NCBI GenBank assembly: GCA_963754315.1
Contig: CAVWFS010000008.1
Coordinates: 480,001 to 544,000, forward strand
From: an uncultured Candidatus Rokubacteria bacterium
GTDB lineage: Bacteria > Methylomirabilota > Methylomirabilia > Rokubacteriales > CSP1-6
Direction of reading: 5' to 3'
DNA length: 64,000 bases
Below, in pieces: positions 58,930 to 64,000 of this stretch. A model generated the notes under the pieces. It searched no databases and was not told the DNA's origin. It saw only the letters and a program-made list of their open reading frames with translations. The position numbers were made by a program, and so were the translations under genes. The first letter of the stretch is position 1, and each line of letters opens with the position of its first letter.

Positions 58930-60384
58930 ATGGACGGTAATCAAACGGACGGTCAGCATTCCGCCTCGATGCCGACGGCTGAGGCCGCTTACTACGACCT
59001 GTGGACGAAGCCGTTCCGGGAGAGCATTGACCCGAGCGTTCTGTGGATGGGTCTCACATACCGTGAGGGATTCGCAGCGTTGCGGACGGGGATCCTTGAG
59101 AACGCGGGGCTCCTCCTCCTCACCGGTGAGGCGGGGAGCGGGAAGACCATTTTGGCCAACGTCCTCGCTGACGGGCTGCGCGCCGAAGGGGTGTGCGTGG
59201 CCAAGCTCACCCTGGGCGGCCTCCCGCCAGACGACTTTCGCCACGCAGTCACGCGGGCGCTCGCCTTACCGGAACTGCCCGATACACGTGAGACTTTTCT
59301 GAGCAACCTGAGCGATTTCCTCCGCGGCGCCTATGCGCGACGAGCGAAGGTACTCTTATACATCGACGAGGCACAGGAACTCGGGCCGGAGGTCCTCACT
59401 GAGATCGAGCACCTGGTGCAGGTGGGTCGAGAGGCTGGACGCAACAAGGTCAACGTCCTCAACGTTTTGCTCGTTGGCCACTCGGACCTCGAGGCGTCCC
59501 TGCGACGTGGAGAGCCGCCCGGCCTTGCGGAAGCTATCCGGATCCGCGCTCGCCTCGAACCGCTCGGAGTCCGTCAAGTAAGGGAGTACATCGCGTTCCG
59601 ACTCCGGGTGGCCGGGGCCGATCGCGAGCTCTTCTCGAAAGAGGCGACCCGCGCGATTGGCGCTGCGTCGAATGGTGTGCCGCGCCTTATCAATCGGATT
59701 TGCGACTACGCCCTGCAGACTGCCTCGGAGCGAAACGAGCGTGTGGTGTCGGCAAAGGTCGTGGGCGACGCAATCAAGGTGTGGGGTCTCGCGGCGACCG
59801 GTGACGCCAATGGAGCTTGGCGTCGCTTGTATGCGAGTGGCCGCCGCCGGTTCGTCATCGCGGCGGCGGTGATCGGCGTGATTGGGCTGGGCGCAGCCGT
59901 CTATTACGTGGCAGACGGCACGAACACCGACCGCGATCGGCGGATGGAAGATCTCAGACCGGTGCCGGGAGCAAAGCCGGTGGCGGACAGTAAGCCCCCG
60001 CCGGGGACGGCGAATCGTGGATCCCAGCCGGTGTCGGGCATCAGGCCCCCGCCGGGGACAGCGAAATTTGGATCCCAGCCGCCGGCGGACATTAAGCCCC
60101 CGCCGGGGACGGCGAACCCTGGACCCGAGCCGGCAGTGCTCGATCCGTCAAATTTCGCAGCCACACCGGCTCCAAGCACCTCCGTCGCCGGGCCACGCGC
60201 GGAGCCAGTAGGCCTTCGCCAAGGCCAGCGGAGGGTGTCCCCGATGCCCGCCGTCAGGTGGGGATCTCTAGACCGGTGGGCAGACCGGATGATGCGGGGT
60301 CAAACATGGAACTGCTGCTCCGCTACCAGGCGCCATAGACTGCCAGAGCGGAGCGCGAGCGGTCGTGCCACCAGCGCTCAGTAA
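58930..60384 (+). CDS. ExeA/GspA-like AAA ATPase with TM helix and Pro-rich tail (true C-terminus uncertain)
   Basis: LLTGEAGSGKT, LYIDEAQ, LLVGH, YIAFRL, GVPRLINRICD, then TM segment FVIAAAVIGVIGLGAAVYYV. Confidence 0.85.
   Translation: MDGNQTDGQHSASMPTAEAAYYDLWTKPFRESIDPSVLWMGLTYREGFAALRTGILENAGLLLLTGEAGSGKTILANVLADGLRAEGVCVAKLTLGGLPPDDFRHAVTRALALPELPDTRETFLSNLSDFLRGAYARRAKVLLYIDEAQELGPEVLTEIEHLVQVGREAGRNKVNVLNVLLVGHSDLEASLRRGEPPGLAEAIRIRARLEPLGVRQVREYIAFRLRVAGADRELFSKEATRAIGAASNGVPRLINRICDYALQTASERNERVVSAKVVGDAIKVWGLAATGDANGAWRRLYASGRRRFVIAAAVIGVIGLGAAVYYVADGTNTDRDRRMEDLRPVPGAKPVADSKPPPGTANRGSQPVSGIRPPPGTAKFGSQPPADIKPPPGTANPGPEPAVLDPSNFAATPAPSTSVAGPRAEPVGLRQGQRRVSPMPAVRWGSLDRWADRMMRGQTWNCCSATRRHRLPERSASGRATSAQ
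59975..60133 (+). repeat. Imperfect 51-bp (17-aa) coding tandem repeat, about 3 copies
   Basis: a(a/g)gcccccgccggggac(g/a)gcgaa at 59992, 60043, 60094 = KPPPGTAN / RPPPGTAK / KPPPGTAN. Confidence 0.9.
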
Positions 60385-60588
60385 TTTCTTCGTAATATTA
60401 CTCGGATACGGGGCCTTAGGTTGCCCCAAGAAGTTGCGAGCTTGAAGACGCACTGCGTCAGGTTGGGCACGGTCTTTACGGAATTTTTACATGGATTTTG
60501 TGACTGAGGACACGCCGTCGCCTAGATTCACGCTGGAGCCTGAGCTGAGGGGGAAGCCCACTTTGGCCCACCGCAGGAGGAGACGCCC

Positions 60589-63009
60589 ATGAGTCGCACC
60601 GTACTCTCCGTGTGGCGATCGAGCAGTGCACGCAAGGCAGGCCTTGTCGCCTTGGGCGCGGTGGTCGTGCTCGGGGGCCTCGCCGTCTCCCAACCGGTGC
60701 GATCGAATGGATTCATTCTGACGCGGCCTTCTCGATCGACGACGATCGCCCTCACGAACGATCGCACTCGGCTCGTGGTCGCCAACCGAGAGACGAACAG
60801 CGTTTCTGTGATCCAGGTGGGCAGGGTGGAGCTACTCTTCGGGATCTTCCCGTTTCTGTTCGACGTGGATCCCCCAGTGAAGCTCGGGGAGGTCTCGGTG
60901 GGCCCGGAACCTCGCTGCGTGGCCGTGAGTCCCAACGACGGCGAGGCCTTCGTGGCGAGCTCAGGGAATGGAACCGTCTCCGTCATCAGCCTCGTCGGGA
61001 CCCCGACCGTGGTGGCCGAGATCGCCGTGGGCACAGAGCTGCGCGGCTGCGCGCTGACACCGAACGGGGCGAGGCTCTACGTGGCCGATTTCAGCGGCAA
61101 GGTCTTCGAGATATCTCCCCAGCTCCGGAACATCGTGCGGGTCCTCGAGGTGGGCGGCAATCCGGAGGCCATCGCCATCACCAACAATGGTGACCTGGTC
61201 GACTCCGACGAGACGGTCTTCGTGTCACTGTTCTTCGCCGAGCTGATCCCCGGCGGTCCAGGCGAAGGATTCGACAACGGCAAGCGGGGTGTCGTCCTGG
61301 CGTTCGGAGTTGGAACACCCGGGCCGATCACCCGCATCAACCTCCAGCCCTTGGCTGACTCCGGCTTCACCGCCAATCGTACGAATCTTTGTACCCACCT
61401 CAATCCGGCCGCCGTCAACAACACGTTCTGCCCGGATACTACGGCGCCGGCTGGGAGTGCCGTCATCACCCAAGACCCGCAAGGCGTGTTCCCCAATCAA
61501 CTCGGCGCGCTCTTGATCCGAGGGAACCAGCTCTTGGTCCTGAGCATCGGGGCCCAGCCGGAGCCGCCCGTGCAGAACGTCAATTTCAATACCAACGTCC
61601 AGGCTCTCTTGCACGTCGTCGACATCCCCCAGTTCGCCCAGGTGGCGGCGCTCAACGTCAACACTCTCGTGGACCTCGAACCGGCTCCCGCGAATCCCAC
61701 CACGAGCCTTCTCAGGACGTTCCTCAACGACGTCGTCGCCCTGGACGCCACCGCCGACGGCAGCCGAGTCTGTGGGGTCAGTCGTGGCGGCAACCAGCTC
61801 GTGTGCAGGGCCGGCGGATCAACGGCCCTGACACGCTTCCAGGTCGGCAACATCCCCAACGGGGTCGTGATTCGGGAGGACGACCAGGGCGGCCTGCGCG
61901 CGTATGTCAACAACGAGGTCAACGTCTCGGTCAGCATCATCAATCTGACCACGAACACCGTCATCACCCGAGACTACCCGTCGGGTACCCCGCCGGCGCC
62001 CGGGACCATCGAACACGCGATCCTCGTGGGCAAGCTCGCCTTCTTCACGGCCCTCGGCATCCCTAACAACGGCATCTTCGACACTCCTATCCGCAACTTC
62101 GACCCTCTCCAGTTCCGTGGCAAGCAGTCGAGAGATGCGTGGAGCTCATGCGCATCCTGCCACCCGGAGGGGCTCTCGGACAACGTGACCTGGATCTTTG
62201 CCGCCGGTCCACGGTCGACGATCCCGCTCGACGGCACCTACAGCAAGCACAACCAGCTCGACCAGAGGGGCATCCTGTGGTCCTTCAACCGCGGCAGCAA
62301 TACAGACTTCAACCAGAATTCGCGCGCCGTTCAGGGCGGCATCGGCTTCGCCGACGACCCGGCCGCGGTCTATGACCACGGTCCGGTGTTCGGGGTCAGT
62401 GACGCCCTCGACGCCCAGACCTTCTGGATCGCCCTCGCGGTACGTTCGCTTCGGGCCCCAGCGGCCACCAGTCCGGTCGCCGCCGCTGCGGGGCGCACCG
62501 TCTTCCAGGCTAACTGCGCGTCGTGCCACGGCAGCCCCAAGTGGACGAAGAGCACGATCCTGCACCGCGACAATCCGGCCTTCAATCGGGATCCCGCGCT
62601 GGGTGGGACCCCGCTCGACCCCGGGGTGACCAACATTGCCGCCCAGATTACCCAGCTCACGATCGGACCGAATATCTTCAAGTATCTGGAAAATGTAGGG
62701 ACGTTCATTACCGCTAACCCCATCGAGATCCGCCAGAACGGCGCGCTGCCCTTCGGCGCGGCCGGCTTCAACGTTCCCTCCCTGCTCTCGCTGAGATACA
62801 CCGCTCCGTATCTACACAACGGCACGGCCCAAACGCTCGAGGCGGTGTTCCCACTCCACGGGTTGGGCGCGGCCGGCGGCACCATCCAAAGCATCCTCAA
62901 CGCGACCGACCGGGCTAATCTCATCGCGTTTCTCCTCACGATCGATCAGAGCACGGATACCCTGCGCTCCCAGGCCGACGAGTTCATCGACGCCAACGCA
63001 GGCCCATGA
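60589..63009 (+). CDS. Exported YVTN-type beta-propeller protein fused to a diheme cytochrome c (bCcP/MauG-like) domain
   Basis: Signal peptide; VVANRETNSVSVI, VGPEPRCVAV, VGGNPEAIAI repeats; CASCH at 62149-62163 and 62515-62529; FNVPSL..TAPYLHNG; AGGAGG RBS. Confidence 0.88.
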   Translation: MSRTVLSVWRSSSARKAGLVALGAVVVLGGLAVSQPVRSNGFILTRPSRSTTIALTNDRTRLVVANRETNSVSVIQVGRVELLFGIFPFLFDVDPPVKLGEVSVGPEPRCVAVSPNDGEAFVASSGNGTVSVISLVGTPTVVAEIAVGTELRGCALTPNGARLYVADFSGKVFEISPQLRNIVRVLEVGGNPEAIAITNNGDLVDSDETVFVSLFFAELIPGGPGEGFDNGKRGVVLAFGVGTPGPITRINLQPLADSGFTANRTNLCTHLNPAAVNNTFCPDTTAPAGSAVITQDPQGVFPNQLGALLIRGNQLLVLSIGAQPEPPVQNVNFNTNVQALLHVVDIPQFAQVAALNVNTLVDLEPAPANPTTSLLRTFLNDVVALDATADGSRVCGVSRGGNQLVCRAGGSTALTRFQVGNIPNGVVIREDDQGGLRAYVNNEVNVSVSIINLTTNTVITRDYPSGTPPAPGTIEHAILVGKLAFFTALGIPNNGIFDTPIRNFDPLQFRGKQSRDAWSSCASCHPEGLSDNVTWIFAAGPRSTIPLDGTYSKHNQLDQRGILWSFNRGSNTDFNQNSRAVQGGIGFADDPAAVYDHGPVFGVSDALDAQTFWIALAVRSLRAPAATSPVAAAAGRTVFQANCASCHGSPKWTKSTILHRDNPAFNRDPALGGTPLDPGVTNIAAQITQLTIGPNIFKYLENVGTFITANPIEIRQNGALPFGAAGFNVPSLLSLRYTAPYLHNGTAQTLEAVFPLHGLGAAGGTIQSILNATDRANLIAFLLTIDQSTDTLRSQADEFIDANAGP

Positions 63010-63025
63010 GAGGCATGCTCCCTCA

Positions 63026-63243
63026 GGGCGGCGCGTGGGCGGCGCGTGGCCTCCTTCGGTGATTAGATGATAGTTGATGTCGATCATCCGGCCGATCACC
63101 CGCTCGAGGTATCGTTCAACGACGAGCTCGTGGGTCGGGCTGGCCAGGTAGTCGGCGAGGGGGGTCTGGGCAATCAGCCCGAGCTCGCGCAGATCGCTAG
63201 TGATGAGGACCAGCTTGCGCGTCACCAGTTCTTGATCGATCAC
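63026..63243 (-). pseudogene. Truncated HepT/DUF86 (HEPN) toxin
   Basis: VIDQELVTRKL..VERYLERVIGRMIDINYHLI..GHAPP is the DUF86 N-half; similarity stops near 63037 with no RxxxxH motif; GTGA coupling to the MNT gene. Confidence 0.75.
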
Positions 63244-63644
63244 GGAGGGGCCAAGGTTCGTAGCGCGCGGTCGACGTAAGGTCGTTCGAGCGCGAGATAC
63301 CGTCGGTGATCCTGATAGCGCCTGAATGCGTACATCTTCAGCTCGTGCAGACGTCGGGGCGAGCCATAGAGAAGTCGGCAATCCTCGGTGATCTTCTTCA
63401 AGAAGAAGGGATCCGCTCGGTTGATCACGGCTAGGTCGATCTCTCGGCCAGGATAGAAGGGCTGAAGATCCGAGCTCAGCTCGCTGAGAGTCCCCAGAGA
63501 CGGCGAAGGACTCTGGAGCAGTACGGCGAGGTCGACATCGCTTCGCGGGTGCTGGCGCCCGGATACCGTGGAGCCGAACTGCAAGAGCAGCACCACACCG
63601 TGCGCGCGCGCGATCTCCTCCAGGCTCCTGGCTTCCATTCCCAT
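63240..63644 (-). CDS. MntA-like minimal nucleotidyltransferase (antitoxin)
   Basis: LLLQFGS-x10-DVDLAV, EIDL..NRADP; TATAAT and GGGAGG upstream. Confidence 0.88.
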   Translation of the reverse strand: MGMEARSLEEIARAHGVVLLLQFGSTVSGRQHPRSDVDLAVLLQSPSPSLGTLSELSSDLQPFYPGREIDLAVINRADPFFLKKITEDCRLLYGSPRRLHELKMYAFRRYQDHRRYLALERPYVDRALRTLAPP

Positions 63645-63717
63645 CCCCTCCCGGCATTATAGCGGCCGCCTCCGGCAGCGGCGGCGCTCTCGCCCAAGGG
63701 TCCAGATCGTCCAGCGC

Positions 63718-63999
63718 CTACTCCATCAGACGAGAGGTCGCCCGGGCTAGGGAGCCAACCTCGCGGTCGGTGATGACACCCACCACGTCGCGGGGGGCGG
63801 CCGCGTCGCGCGTCGGAACGACGAGAGCCACTCGCGCCTGGCAGCTTTCCATCGTTCGTAGGACGCTGACCAGGGGGTCGTCTGGTTCGACCAACACGTG
63901 AGGTGCGGTCGTGCCGTCTGCGAGTGAGACGCTTGCGATACGACCGTCCTGGAGTACCACGGTAACGAGGGATGTGGTCGGTGGACCGGTGGCGCTGGC
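63718..63999 (-). CDS. C-terminal CBS-domain-like portion of a larger protein (5' partial)
   Basis: VEPDDPLVSVLRTM..ALVV..DVVGVIT.REV; frame is open to the window edge. Confidence 0.55.
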   Translation of the reverse strand, partial: ASATGPPTTSLVTVVLQDGRIASVSLADGTTAPHVLVEPDDPLVSVLRTMESCQARVALVVPTRDAAAPRDVVGVITDREVGSLARATSRLME

Positions 64000-64000
64000 C

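Noticed and set aside
60465..60479. Sigma54-like GGGCACG-N4-TTAC upstream of the diheme gene
   Set aside because: The -12 GC is replaced by AC; too weak to call.
60589..63009. Hydrazine synthase beta-gamma fusion (anammox)
   Set aside because: Only the architecture is similar; no hzsA or other anammox genes are present and such propeller-diheme fusions occur more widely.
1..64000. tRNA, rRNA, integrase or transposase genes
   Set aside because: None recognised; intergenic gaps are short and accounted for. tRNAscan/Infernal would be needed to exclude small RNAs.

Overview
GC-rich (roughly 67-70% by eye), densely coding bacterial window of about 54 CDS. I saw no rRNA, tRNA, CRISPR array or transposase. 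Gene content and GC-rich palindromic intergenic repeats resemble Ca. Rokubacteria (Methylomirabilota); this is an inference. The window is mostly catabolic: flavin and Rieske oxygenases, five acyl-CoA dehydrogenases, four amidase-signature enzymes, two amidohydrolases, an RND efflux operon, an asnB/GT2/ArnT envelope cluster, an HMG-CoA-synthase-like/DUF35 fusion plus SCP2-type thiolase (PhlABC-like), an ExeA-like ATPase, a secreted beta-propeller/diheme cytochrome c protein, and an MNT-HEPN pair with a truncated toxin. The best candidate for an undescribed system is the cobalt nitrile hydratase operon (47275-50988): GatC/AtzG-like small protein, amidase, nthB, nthA, and a CbiW-like Cys-rich thioredoxin-fold domain that is probably fused to the NHase accessory protein across a 1-nt frameshift. 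Also notable is a REP-like hairpin family showing compensatory base changes. At least seven single-base indels break conserved genes, most likely long-read consensus errors. All protein assignments come from motif recognition, not database searches.
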